A DNA stretch of 64,000 nucleotides from Podarcis filfolensis (lineage: Eukaryota). The number at the start of each line of letters is the position of its first letter. The first letter of the stretch is position 1. Shown in pieces: positions 1-12,167 of this stretch. Both the position numbers and the translations under genes were made by a program. The stretch lies in assembly GCA_964270895.1 (NCBI GenBank), contig OZ185435.1; one strand, 5' to 3'. The notes beneath the pieces were generated by a model that saw nothing but the letters and a program-made list of their open reading frames with translations, searched no databases and was not told the DNA's origin.

Positions 1-195
1 GCCAAGGGCAACAGGAGGAGTTTACCTCTGGGTACCAGAAAACGACAGGTTCCTATGGAACGCAGTACCTCTGATTTTCTTCTTCTGTCACCTTTGTCTT
101 TCCCCTCTCGTTTTTTTGGACAGCCCACCCCATTTCTCAAAGAACAAAGAATTTCACCAGAGGACGAGCATTTGGGAAACAAGCAGGCTTTCGTT

Positions 196-432
196 GGTGG
201 ACTCGTAATCTGGTGAACCGGGTTCGCGTCCCCGCTCCTCCACATGCATCTGCTGGGTGAACTTGGGCTAGTCACGCTTCTCTGAAGTATCTCAGCCTCA
301 CTCACCTCACAGAGTATTAGTTGTGGGGGAGGCAGCGAAAGGAGATTGTGAGCCGCTTTGAGACTCCTTAGGGTAGTGATAAAGCAGGATATCAAATCCA
401 AACTCCTCCTCCTCCTCCTCCTCCTCCTCCTC
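196..432 (+). mobile_element. Squam3-type (MIR/Ther1-derived) SINE, 5'-clipped, with (CTC)n tail
   Basis: tRNA-like B box (gggttcgcgtcccc), CORE-like body (cctcacagagt...gttgtggg) and end gatatcaaatccaaactc. Same family as 36530 and 53391. Confidence 0.8.
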
Positions 433-1095
433 TTCCTTAGGCTTACTTAAACCCCTAGCCAGTGCTCCATGAGCAGAAGAGCTGTTGCTGCTGTAGGGGT
501 TTCCACTGAAGTAGTCAGCCACTAACAAGCAGATGAAGACTAGTTTGCAGCAACCGCGTTACAAGTGCACTGGGATCATGGGCCTGGAGAAGGCTTCCTC
601 ACCTTGCACTGCATGCGTATGTATGAGCGTGCACCTATTTGTGTGCATGCACAGGCCCCACACACATTGTTTCTGAAGTGGAAGAACAGCAGGGATTGGA
701 AACAAATATGAATGCTGCACATCACACATATTAACTGGTGTATTAGTGGGGAGGGCAGCCCTGACGTACCCATTGCATGTAGTGGGTTGGTTGTTGCTAT
801 TGTTTTTCCCCCCTGTCTAGTGTCATAAGGAACAGTGTCTTAATATATAGACTGTGGAACTAAGTGGCAGAACCAGCTACAAACATTCAAGAACCTACCC
901 CCAAAGCGCCAAATCTTTGGCCCTGAGGGCATTTTAAAATCCATGTTTTGGAAAAACCCTGCTTGTCTGAGAAGGCATACGATATGAATGTCAAACAGAC
1001 AGTGATACAACAACATTAAACAAGAAGTGGTTGCCATGCTCCATAGGTTTATAGTGCTTAGCTGTGAGGAATGCATTTCTGCCTGATATACGTAC

Positions 1096-1204
1096 CCTGC
1101 CCGTAAAGTTCAATAAATCTTTTCTGGTACTGTGTTAACTCAGCTCTGCTGGGAACCTCATCAATCTTGCGTTGTAAAATGGCTATTTCTCTGTTTCGTC
1201 GGGC
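1096..1204 (-). CDS. CCDC93: CCDC93 18th mapped coding exon ([36 protein letters not shown]); gene continues beyond the left edge
   Basis: 109 nt, cag|...|gtacgt; highly conserved peptide. I found no further exon in 1..1095. Confidence 0.97.
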
Positions 1205-1516
1205 CTGAGGGGAGTTGAAAACAATATACAAAACAAAAACTGTGACTAGGTTTCTAAAAAACAAACTGACATTTAGAAACAACCTGATAACGGAATCAAC
1301 TGCTGCCATGCGGACCCCCTGCCCTCTTGGCTCCACTGCGAAAGGTGACGTTTTCCAAATAATTACCCCCAAACTGGTATTTCCAACTTTTAAAACATCC
1401 ATTACAGAAGAATCCGGGAGTCTTGCGTGAACCAGAAATTTACATTGCGCAGGACAGGAAGACATTTAGCAAATACATCTGCCAACCCAGCGAGACGTAT
1501 GGTTTGGAAAACTCAC

Positions 1517-1588
1517 CAGAAGCAGTCTGATCTTCTGCAGCTTCTCTCTCTCGGTTTTGTACTGCTGGTCTATAATTCTAGCGGGTTC
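1517..1588 (-). CDS. CCDC93: CCDC93 17th mapped coding exon (EPARIIDQQYKTEREKLQKIRLLL)
   Basis: 72 nt, tag|...|gtgagt; similar to recalled human [20 protein letters not shown]. Confidence 0.92.
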
Positions 1589-2755
1589 CTACCATTGGAG
1601 ACATAAAACAAAACTGATTTCATGCTGACCAAATTCAGTCGAGACTATGATGACAAAGGGTCACTTATTCATACCGGGCCCAGGGTTTATACTGGTTCTG
1701 CACCAAAGTTAAAAACATACCGAGGGGAAGGGGTTCAAGAAAGCTATGTTCTGCCACATTTTACTGGATCCAACCAAGCATGTTAACTTGTGCAACTACA
1801 TGTATAGCGTATTCACCTAAAAGCAAGCTGCCCAGAGAAGCAGAAGAACATTCCCCACAATGAGTCCATCCTGGGTAAAGTTGAATCTGTTCAGGCTCTG
1901 ATTGTTGTAGAGCTGTTAAAAATGCACCCTAGCAGGTGGAAGGACAGTGGGGTTTGGGGGAGCACACCAGTCAGAGTATCAGAAGACTATTCAACATAGT
2001 CCTCCTTGTGGAGAATAAAATCCTGGGTAAGCTATCCTGGTGTTCTGATTTGCTCCAGGAAAGCTCAAAGTATCTTTTTGTTCATTATTTGGACATTCAG
2101 TAATGAGCTGCAGGTTTACAGATGGCTTGCTTTTTCCTGTTTAACACTAACCCCAGTTTGCCATGGCATCCGAATCGGCAGACCATGGTTAAGGCTTGTC
2201 CTCCAAACCAGAAATTAGAAGCCAAGGTCTGAAGTGGGTTTTTCTTGGAGTGCAAGAACTCTGCAGTTTGATTTGGACACTACAACCAACTATGATTAGT
2301 GCAAAACAAAAGAGAAGTTTTCTGGAAGAGAGGATGGACTGCAAGGTTTCAAGAATCATCTGAATTGAGCAATCTTCTTGAAGGTGGAGTCCAAACTCAA
2401 GCCTCATGTACTTTTAAATTGGGCAACAATTTAGAGGTCCTCTAATGGAAAACACCTGCATGCCACATCCATTGTTAAATGTCCGCCATGTGTCCTGATG
2501 TTTCTTTTATTAAAATACACAGGCAAACAGAATCAGATTTGCTATTCAGTGTACATAAAGGAACAAACTATCCCCCCCCTCCAAAAAATACACACACTTT
2601 TGGGAACTGACTGTGTTCCAGTGTTCCAAGTCCCAATTCTTGTGTATAAGAAATTGCCTTCGATAAGAAAGACATGAGTTCAAATATATAAAGTTTTGTT
2701 AAAGTGAAATGAAGTGTTCATTTTAAGTAACCAGAGAAAGTGAATCACATCAAAA

Positions 2756-2756
<1 letters not shown>

Positions 2757-2790
<34 letters not shown>
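2757..2790. repeat. (AC)17 microsatellite; reads (UG)17 in the CCDC93 pre-mRNA
   Basis: Read directly. Confidence 0.98.
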
Positions 2791-2793
<3 letters not shown>

Positions 2794-2965
2794 AGCACCT
2801 TTAATTAACAGACTGGCAAAACAAAAAATTCAGGCAGCATTCCAAATGAGGGCAAATACTTCTAAATGGAGCAAAGGGACCGCAAGCATTTTAAAATTCT
2901 TAAAAAATATATATGGGAAGAAGATTCCAAAGCTCAGTAAGAATGCTTAAATATTTTCTGTTTAC

Positions 2966-3037
2966 TTTCTCTTCTCCATTTTCCGCTGCTTCTGTTTTCA
3001 AACTTTCAATGTTTTGCTGGAGGCGTGCCATCTCTTC
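2966..3037 (-). CDS. CCDC93: CCDC93 coding exon 16 (EEMARLQQNIESLKTEAAENGEEK)
   Basis: 72 nt, tag|...|gtaaac. Confidence 0.93.
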
Positions 3038-3827
3038 CTAGAACAGCAAGAAAATAATAATTGTTTCTTTTCATTAGCAATCAACGTGTGCTCTTTATGG
3101 AAACAGAAGCCAGAGACAGTGTTTTCTTTTCGTAAAATATGCATCAGAAAGAGCCCAAAAACGTATAGACATTCTGTGCTTAGGGCTCCAGAGGAGGTGA
3201 ATGTTCTTCATTATGTAAAGTAGCACACTCTATTGTCAAGGGGGTGGGGGAGAGTGAGGGGAAAACACACAGTCTGACTCTTATGCAAATGAACCCAAGT
3301 CAGAAGGGCAAGGGAATAAGTTCGAGTTTTTTAAAAAAATCAAAACACAAGCACCACCATGACTACAGCATCTTGCACAAGCCCTACTGTCCCTAACCAT
3401 TTCGAAAGCGCTTTTGCAGAAGCAACACTGAGCACACTGCATCCCATAATGAAAATAGCCACCCCAAAATATTAAGTTACAGGGGTTTAAAATTCAATTT
3501 GTATTCTTGCCCCGTTCCATTTCTTTCCTCCTTTCTCATACAATTTACACATTTTATAACTCCTGATATTGATCACTTTTTCAAGGTACCTCGCAACAAC
3601 CACTGATTATGGTTTCAGTCCAATTCATACATTACCTTGGCACCTAGGTGGTGGGAGCTCCACAAGGCAATCTTAACAGATGCCAGTGTTAAGACACTGC
3701 AATGTTCATAGGTTCCCACTGCACAGGTGCACCTGGGAACTGTGGAATGGGAACCAGCCAGGTGACCAAGGCAAATGGCATTTTTTTTTAAAAAAGATTA
3801 TATTCTGCTTTACTACAAGGTACCCAA

Positions 3828-4128
3828 CAGCGGCTTAGCTAGACGTCTGGGGCATCACATGCGCCCTGCACCTGGGGGCGGGGTGAGCTGGGGCCTCAGC
3901 TGTAGGGCAGCTGAGCCTGAGGGGGAGGCGGTGGGCAGATGCCAGCCCCACGCTGCTGTTTCGGGCAGCAGGGAGCCTGCAGGCACCCGAGCCACTGTGT
4001 CACTCCCAGGAGCCATGTGGCTCAGGTGCACTGTAGGCCATGCCCCGTGGTAAGTGTGGGCTCCCCTCCCATGATGTGGTGTTTAGTGCGTTGTCATGGT
4101 GTTTAGTGCGTCCCCCACTACACCTCTG
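3828..4128. mobile_element. Probable old hAT-type element
   Basis: GC-rich block with cagcggc...cacctctg ends inside an AT-rich intron; TSD poorly preserved. Confidence 0.4.
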
Positions 4129-4357
4129 GTCCTCATGTTGACACGGAGCCCCTAACCACATGGAAGTAGTTTTTCCAGTTACTGCGTTGCAAAAGCATTC
4201 CTAAGCAACAGGAATTAGTAAACATGGTCCATACATGTATTCTGCTGCATATACAAAGAAGCACAGGAGTACATCTGGATTATGGATCCTCAATCTGGAT
4301 CCTTAAAAAGAATTGTGTGCAGGCACTGACTTGGAATGAAGCATCTAAAAAACTTAC

Positions 4358-4439
4358 TCTGCAATGTGCTCTAAATTCTTGCTCTTGGCTTTTGAGGTTC
4401 TCATTCATTGCCACCAGTGCCCGAAGCTTCTGCAATACA
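4358..4439 (-). CDS. CCDC93: CCDC93 coding exon 15 ([27 protein letters not shown])
   Basis: 82 nt, tag|...|gtaagt; its phase complements exon 14. Confidence 0.96.
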
Positions 4440-5412
4440 CTAAATTAAAACAACAACAACAACAACACATTATTTATTCTCGAGCATTTAGAGACATTTA
4501 TGCTAAGAAAATTAAGCATTGGGGAGTGGGGAAAACAAAATATCTTAAAGAAGCAATTTAGGGCAGCAATAGAGCTGAATAAAACAGAAAGGTAGAATCT
4601 CACAGAAGAAACGTTCTCCTATATTGCTGCTCACAGTTTGGATGACTCCATTATCAATCGAGTGCACCTGTTTCTCATGGGTTAATTTTGAAGGAAAAAA
4701 GAGAGACCGGCAAATCTTAGGGTCTTCCAGTTTGAATATATACCATTTTCATGGAAGGATACAATGGACAGGATTCAATCAAACTTAAACATTTCTTAAT
4801 ACCCACTGATTTAAAAGGCAGAAACATTTTTATACTGCTCATCATAATGAAAAATTCCAGCTCATTACAGAATCTACATAAAAGCCAGTACATTAAAACA
4901 ATAAAACGCACAGGTGGATTTCAGTGTTGCACTAAGGAGATCGTTCTGTCGGTGCAAGCATTGCTACTTGCTCTCCCTTCCAGTACACTGCTGGGAGTAA
5001 GGCCTATTGAACCTAATGAGGCTTGCTTCCAAGTAGACCTGCACAGGACTGTGCTGCTAAGTCTCCCATCTGGAAGAAAATACGCTGACTTTCCTTAATA
5101 GGGTTATTTTATTCTTAAAATAACCTTTTTTGATGCTGGGTGTTTTTGAACATTCAAGAAGTGCCAGATGTTTTTCCCAGCCCCTAATCCTTGAAAATCA
5201 ATGCAAGTCTTAATTTGAAAATGATGTTTAATCATCATTTTGCAGTGACTGCACCATGTCAAGAATTAACGTGAGACTTCAACCAGCCCTGACTGTTGCT
5301 TGGGCTGATCAGAGTTGTAGCCAAAACCATACAGGGTCACCAAGCTGAGGAAGGCTGACAGAGTTTCCAGCATAAAGAACATTCTGCCATGAAAGGAAAC
5401 ATTTGGACTAGA

Positions 5413-5413
<1 letters not shown>

Positions 5414-5455
<42 letters not shown>

Positions 5456-5459
5456 CGCG

Positions 5460-5491
<32 letters not shown>
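5414..5491. repeat. Compound (TG)n(CG)n(CA)n alternating purine-pyrimidine tract
   Basis: Read directly. Confidence 0.97.
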
Positions 5492-5602
5492 ATATAAACT
5501 ATAGATACAAAAACCCCACCACCACCAACAGGGACTACTGCTGAATTAACACAATTCATTGCAAAGGGGACAGGGAAGGATGGAGAGGAACTAGACACAT
5601 AC

Positions 5603-5676
5603 TTTGAATCTGCTTGGGATTCCACTGTTTCTAAGGCTGCCAGCTCCTTGTCCAATTTTTCACTGTGATTCTTAAC
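5603..5676 (-). CDS. CCDC93: CCDC93 coding exon 14 (VKNHSEKLDKELAALETVESQADS)
   Basis: 74 nt, tag|...|gtatgt; lies within ORF 5266..5655. Confidence 0.93.
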
Positions 5677-6568
5677 CTAAAGGATTGGAATTAATAACAC
5701 ATGGTGTGAAAATGTAATAAAAACCAATTTAACCCAAAAACAAAGCTTTAAGCAAAGCCCTCTAAGAATGATAGGGTTCTATTTAAAACTCTGGCAAGCT
5801 CTATCTATTTTTTCCTCAAATAGCATGACCAGTTGTTCTCATAAAGGCACCAGGAGTAGCTCACAGGGCCCTTGACAGTCACAATTGGATGTAACCCTTG
5901 GCATTAGTGTTGAGATGTGAGCCTAGGCTCGGTACAGTTCTGCTGTACCAGCGCTGTCTCCTCCAGCTGCCTACAGAGGTGAGTACTGGATTGCACACTT
6001 GCCTACCAGGATAGTGCATGGTCCCCTCTCATACCAACTTGTACAGGATTTGTTAAGGTCTCTCTCCCCCCCTTTTTTTGCAAGGGATAAAACACTGGTA
6101 CATCTTGTGCACAAGTTTCTTTCATCTTTCCTATTTCTTGCTGCAGTATCATTACAAGACAAAAGTCAATATGGCATTATGCTTGTCTGGGACAGATTTG
6201 GATAACCAGCAGGAGGCAGCTTTTACTAATGTAGCAGAACCTTCCCTAACAAGCAACAATGGAAAATGTGGTATTCCGGGCTGCCTCTTACTCTTATTTG
6301 CATAGGTGCGGGTGCACATTGTTACAATTATTACAATTACAATTATTCAAGTTCATTTCGGTCCAGGTGGTCAAATGAAGAAGGTGACAGGGCTCTTATG
6401 CAACTGAGCAGAAGAATGAATTTCAGCAGGTGTAGCTTGCATTACATCCCAAAATTCTCTTCTACACAACAATTAGATGTAGAGGCCTCTTTTGCATCTG
6501 GCCAACACAGAGTTGACAGAGACCAGTCTAAGTAGAAGAGGGGAGGACAAAGGGAAGAACGAGCTTAC

Positions 6569-6631
6569 CTCATTCAATTTCTTCTTAGCCTCACTACATC
6601 CTGCTTGCAGGTCAGCACATTTTGCCTGCAA
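6569..6631 (-). CDS. CCDC93: CCDC93 coding exon 13 (LQAKCADLQAGCSEAKKKLNE)
   Basis: 63 nt, cag|...|gtaagc. Confidence 0.9.
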
Positions 6632-8244
6632 CTGTTTTCAAAAGAAGAACACAGGGGGGAAGTCAAGTTAAGTGATCACCAATCTGGTATTTTAATCAAA
6701 GGCAGCAACATTTCCTAACAACGGCATGCGTATACACACATACACACCAAGAAACATGTTGGAACTATACTTAATGGTTCTTCTAATATCTACAGAAGCA
6801 TTGCTCAGGCTGGATTGTAAAGAGAATTTATAAAAGTAGCAGTGAGAAACCTCAGAAATGAGGCTTTTGCTTATGAAACACCCCATCTGAGAAATAGGTC
6901 TATGCAAACCATATACACTGCGTGGTGAACTGTAGCTATTCATAATAAAAAGGACAATATTTTACAACCTCTTTACCAAAAACATTTCATGCCCACTTCC
7001 CAAATTCATGTTTTATGTCCCAAGGAATCAATTAGCAATGCAGCAGGTGGATAACATTTGTTTTACAATGCCCCAGGCAAATTCTTTAAACCTAAACATG
7101 TTGGGCTGAATCAATCTTAATTTTGTGCACCTTTGAGGTTCTTTGCTTGTCCCTGCACTGGCAAATTTATTCCTGTCCTTCTTTCTTCTCTACAGTGCGG
7201 TGCTTTGTAAGAGTTTCTGATCACGTGGCGGTTTCAAGCAAACATGGGTAGAAGCTCCCTTCAGACTTCCCCCACTCATCACAGGAAAATTTGGAAGAAA
7301 TAAGGCAGGGCTGGTGTCCACAAGGTGTCAGGGGTCAGTGCTTCCAAGATGGATGAAATGTTTCCTGTTTCAGCATTAAGCGTGAACAGGGCCATAATTT
7401 TAACTATTTTCTCTTGCAGTATATTATTGCAAAGTGTCTCTTATACCTTCCTTTGGTTGCTTATCCATGGACAGAAAGAAAAAACAAAGGCACTGATTCT
7501 CCTGAGGTCTAAACTTACAGTAAATTTCCACTTTGAGAGTCTGGAAGGTTTTAGAAGCAAGTAATGTGTGAGAGATAAAGTTTACACCCATGTATTTATG
7601 TATATATCAACAACGTTCTCTGGACAGCTATCAGCTGAACAAGAACGGAATGTAGCAGTTCCAGGATACCCCCTTTTTTTTATCAAAACATCTGGATTTA
7701 GAAGAACAACAACAGATGAATTATACTGTGGGAGGAACTCTATTTACAGAATGTTCCACTGGAGGAAATTTGTGCATGAGATAGGCCTTTTTTGCTGGCT
7801 TTCACTTCCTGCAACAGGCCTGTACCCTCCAAAAACTGTTCTGGGCTTCAGGGGACTCTTGTCAACAATATGGAAGGTGGCACTTGGGACAGTTGGTGGA
7901 AATCAAGTGAAAATCACCCCCCCTTCTTTGGTGGGAGCCTTTACTGGATCGTAGCTGACACCGCAGTTCATCTTTAAATAAAATTCACTGACATGATGCA
8001 CAAATATTGGAAAAGCATCAGGAAATATAACTCAGGAGAACACGTATATTAGAAAAAACCAGGTTGATTCTAGGAAATTGTATTCCATTTGGCTTCCTTA
8101 AAGTACAAAAGGGGGTGGGGAGGAATGGCAGATAGAACGGAACAGAAGGCAATTAAATCAGTGAATCCGCAAAGATTTTGACAGGCAAAACAATAATGTT
8201 AGCAGCAGCCAAGTGAGCACCAATGTAATGTTTACAGGAGCTAA

Positions 8245-8538
8245 GGACTGGATAGCTCAGTTGGTAAGAGCATGGTGCCACCAAATTCTCAGGTTCAATC
8301 CCCACATGGGACAGTTGCATATTCCTGCACTGCAGGGGGTTGGACTAGAGCAGCCTTTCTCAACCTGTGGGTCCCCAGATGTTGTTGAACTACAACTCCC
8401 ATCACCCCTAGCTAGCAAGGCCAGAGCTCAGGGATGATGGGACTTGTAGTTCAACAACATCTGGGGACCCACGGGTTGAGAACCGCTGGACTAGAGGATC
8501 CTGATGGTCCCCCTTCCAACTCTTTTGATTCTATGATT
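8245..8538 (+). mobile_element. tRNA-headed SINE with CR1-like 3' tail, interrupted by a hAT MITE
   Basis: A box gatagctcagttggtaagagc, B box ggttcaatccc, tail cccttccaactct...gattctatgatt. Confidence 0.75.
8351..8488. mobile_element. 138-bp palindromic hAT-type MITE
   Basis: CAG...CTG ends, 54-nt inverted arms with 4 mismatches, perfect 8-bp TSD gactagag (8343-8350 and 8489-8496). Confidence 0.9.
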
Positions 8539-9171
8539 TGTGGACCTTCCAGCATTTGGAAAAGAAAAAGAAAAAGAATCACAACTCCTTTGAAAGATTC
8601 TGTTAACGATGCAATCCTGTGCAGCTTTAAATGCCAAATATTTTTATTTATTTATTTCAGCAATTTATAGTACACTTAATCACGGTTGTCTCTGAGCAGT
8701 GTGCAGGAGATCCAGTACAATACAGTAAGTCTAAAATGAGTTAAAACTATAATATCAGAATGTCATTAAAAAAAACCTGCTGGAATTAAGAATCCCTAGT
8801 AGGCACTGGGAGTAGAACAGGGAGGGCACCTGTCTGACCTCAACATTTGATATTCTGACAGTGGAGAATTTAAATGCTGCCTTTGCCTGTACATAAACAC
8901 AGCTCACAGCTTTAATTCGGAATTGCTGGCAGTCAGTAAGCACCTGTTGCTTCCGTAGAGACAATCAAGGAAAGTGTGCAAACTTATGTACAAACCCTAC
9001 AACTTATGTGCAAAAAATCCACGTAACCAATGCTTATTAAGACCCAGGTTACTCATATTGTAATTCTCCTAAACGGATGCTGAAGTTATAATCTTCTCCA
9101 TAAGTGCAGAGTGGCAAAGTGGTTTACAAACCCTCAAAATAAGGGAACAACAACAACAAATCCCCACATAC

Positions 9172-9288
9172 TTCATCCAGCTGCTTGGTTTTCTGTAAGA
9201 TCTGTTTGTTTAAAGATGCCACCTTCCTTCTGTGCTGCTGGGCAGCTCCAAGTCTCTCTGGACGCTCCTCTGCAGAAAGTCCTGATTG
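9172..9288 (-). CDS. CCDC93: CCDC93 coding exon 12 ([39 protein letters not shown])
   Basis: 117 nt, tag|...|gtatgt; coiled-coil peptide matching recalled CCDC93. Confidence 0.95.
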
Positions 9289-9758
9289 CTAGAAAAAGAT
9301 GGGGCGGGGAGAGGACACAATGAATGGAACACCCCCTCAGTACTTTGTCAGATGCACAGGAATCATTACTTGCCTAATCTGTGCATTAAGACTGCTCCAT
9401 AAACCACTGGGCAGCCGCATACAAGTGTGCAGAGGTCTGGACGCTTGCATGTCCTGCATTACAGGGAGTAAGCAAGTGTGGAAGTTGGCAGAGCTCTTCT
9501 GGAGGCAGAAATGTGAGGGGAACTGGGCATGTTCCACTTTGACCCGCAAGGCTGACTCAACACATTTCCTCCATCCTAGAAAGAGATACGGTGCTGGGAG
9601 CAAAGGGCAGGTGGATAATACTGTTAAAATTCAATAGCACATCATTATATGGGGATGGGGTGAGAATTTGCAGCATTACTTTGAATTTCAGCACCAACTT
9701 CCCAGGACTGGACTGCAATGTTAAGTGTACTTAAGTCCCATTGAAACCAATGGGGCTG

Positions 9759-9776
9759 ACTCTGTAGGGGGCGCTT
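9759..9776 (+). promoter_or_regulatory. Candidate CTCF motif (ctCTGTAGGGGGCGCTta)
   Basis: AGGGGGCGCT core; nearby CpGs are retained in an otherwise CpG-poor intron. Confidence 0.5.
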
Positions 9777-10131
9777 ACCGACGCCGAGCACCATGCCAAT
9801 TTTCCTACCTCTTTGTCTCTCACCCTCTTCGTAACTGGGAGCAATGTTCGCCCGGCACTGGGAATCTCCCCTGCCACTGATTGCCACTAGACTGACTTCA
9901 AAGTAAACACAGATAGACTATGCTGCAAGACTAATTCTCCCCGCACACATAAATTGACTGGAATTTAATTACTGTATTTAGCTGCCACCTCATTCTGTGT
10001 TTTATGTTCATGGAAAAATACAACAAATGCGGAAGGCAGCAATCAAGATCATTTTGATCATGATTAATATGATTATGATTATTATTTCTGTAATGCTCCT
10101 TCACCCGCAGGAGTCCAGAGCAGTCTGGTAT

Positions 10132-10177
10132 GGTAAAAGGTAAAGGTAAAGGACCCCTGGACGGTTAAGTCCAGTCA
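10132..10177 (-). mobile_element. Sauria SINE 3' fragment
   Basis: (GGTAAA)n tail plus ggacccctggacggttaagtccagtca, the reverse complement of the 3' end seen at 40866-40902. Confidence 0.8.
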
Positions 10178-12167
10178 GTAAAATACAACAGTTATCCATT
10201 TAAAAATAACAACAACTTTTTTGCAGTTTTTGCTGCAAGCCACTGCTCCGTGATTTATTTTTCCTTTGTACTCATAAAAAACATTCTGTTGAAAGGATAT
10301 AACATCTGACCTGTTAAAACAAAGTTTTGAACAATGTCATCTATTTGTGCTATTTACGAACTGAAACATGAGGTATAGCAAGTAGGGCTATGGAAGACAT
10401 ATGTTATAACACAACTGAAGCTTCTTGGCTCTTGCTTGAAATTGAAGTCCAAAAGGTTTCTACTAAAGTAATTTATTTTCAAAACCACACTAGACGTGTA
10501 GCAGTTTTAAGTGAGAGCCGACACATTCTGTTATCTTCAGTTCATAAACATTTAGTTGAAAATTCTCTTGCATACTACAAAATTGCATTCACAGATGGAT
10601 GGCAAAACCCAGGAATTCACTTTGCAAAATTGTAGCTTTTGTTTTTAAATTTGTTAATTAAAACATTCAGGAGTCGCTACGAACACCCACCTAAGTTCTT
10701 TTAAACTTGCCATTCATTTGTCAACTGAAGAGAAAAAGTAACAGATCAATGAGGCGCCAGAAAATATAAACAAAGTTATCTCTATTTCAGAAAAATAAGC
10801 TTTTCAAGCATTTTAATTTTAATTTTTAAACTTATATACCACCCATCATCTGAAGATCTCAGGGACATTTATTTCCAAAATGGCAAAACAGACTATTTAA
10901 TTTTTGCAGGAGCAGGTGGTACTGCAATTTGTAAGGTACTTTATGTGCAAGGCACTTGACCCCCTGCCCTTTTTTGCTCTCACAACTGTTGAACAACATC
11001 CCCATGCATGAAACTCTTTCCATTCCCATAACACTGTTAACTTATTAGTTATATACTGTCAAAAAGAATCCCATAAGGAGTCCCCAAGCAGTTGGTATAT
11101 TTAAATCGGGGGAAATAGCCAAGATGAGAATGGTAAAGCACTTTGAACATTTTAAAACTGCTACCAAAGTTAGAAACTATATTCTTTTCCCTAAGAGCAT
11201 CTCGATTCAGGCACAGATTCCAGATTCTAAGCCTAAACACTGCAACTGCATAATTCCCTCTCAATTCATGCAAGACTATGTGCATCTTTCTCCTTTTCCT
11301 CCCAAACACACCACTCATCTCTTTAGACCCAAGTACAACCAGGAAAGCCTGACCTTCCTGAATTTAAGACGTAATTAAGTGACTGCTCTATAGTAACCAC
11401 TAAACTCAAGGGCACACAAACACACACCATTGCTTTAAGCAATCTTCATTGTGCACTGACAGGAAATCTATTATAAAAGCCCAAAATAGCCAAGCCAGAT
11501 TTTCAAAAAAACCTATAACTAGCAGAAAGGTAAGAGGAATGGGCTGAGGAAATAGATAAAGAGGAAGAAATCAGGATGGGAGGGTTTGTCTTCTTGCAAA
11601 CAAAACACAGCTTGACTCCAGCAACTATGGGTGAAATTCAAATAATGCACCCCATCAGTGGAAGCCCAGGCAAGGTCCTCCACCTGAGCAATGGGGTTTA
11701 TCCTCCTCTGCTCCCTCACAACTGGCCTGGGTGTGTGTGTGTGTGTGTCAGGAGGACCCCCAAAACAGCTCCCTGGTGGGGGGAAGGAGAGGGAGAATTG
11801 CTCCATCTGGTCTGACTGAATGATCAACATAGCACGACATCGAATAGCTCCATATATTACAGCTGTAAAACTTCACACACTGTTTCATGGCGCACAAAGA
11901 CGTGGGAGAAACTATTCCTCTACAAAGTCATATGCAACTTTTAGCTACTTGCTTAGAAGACACAGAGACACAGGCATCTGATTTTTATTGATGACAGCAC
12001 AGATTTGTATGCCTGCACAAAGAAGCATTGGCACACCAACTAGCATCACTATTGTAGATATTGTTCTAAAGAATATATATTTTAAAACTGAAGCTTCAAA
12101 ATTTGAAGACTTAATAGGCAATTGCTCAGGTATGGTTTTCTTAAAACAGTTTTAAAAAATCACCTAC

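Noticed and set aside
307-528. ORF with a poly-Glu run
   Set aside because: Produced by the SINE tail and its (CTC)n microsatellite.
1813-1912. Alternative minus-strand exon candidate (ttttaacag|CTCTAC...TTTTAG|gtgaat) in the intron where the human linker exon would be
   Set aside because: About 96 nt, ends in an in-frame TAG and has no similarity to the human linker; treated as a chance splice-site pair.
8245-8330. Possible tRNA genes here and at 36740-36781, 39575-39640 and 53600-53641
   Set aside because: A and B boxes are present but there is no complete cloverleaf, and each continues into SINE body and tail sequence.
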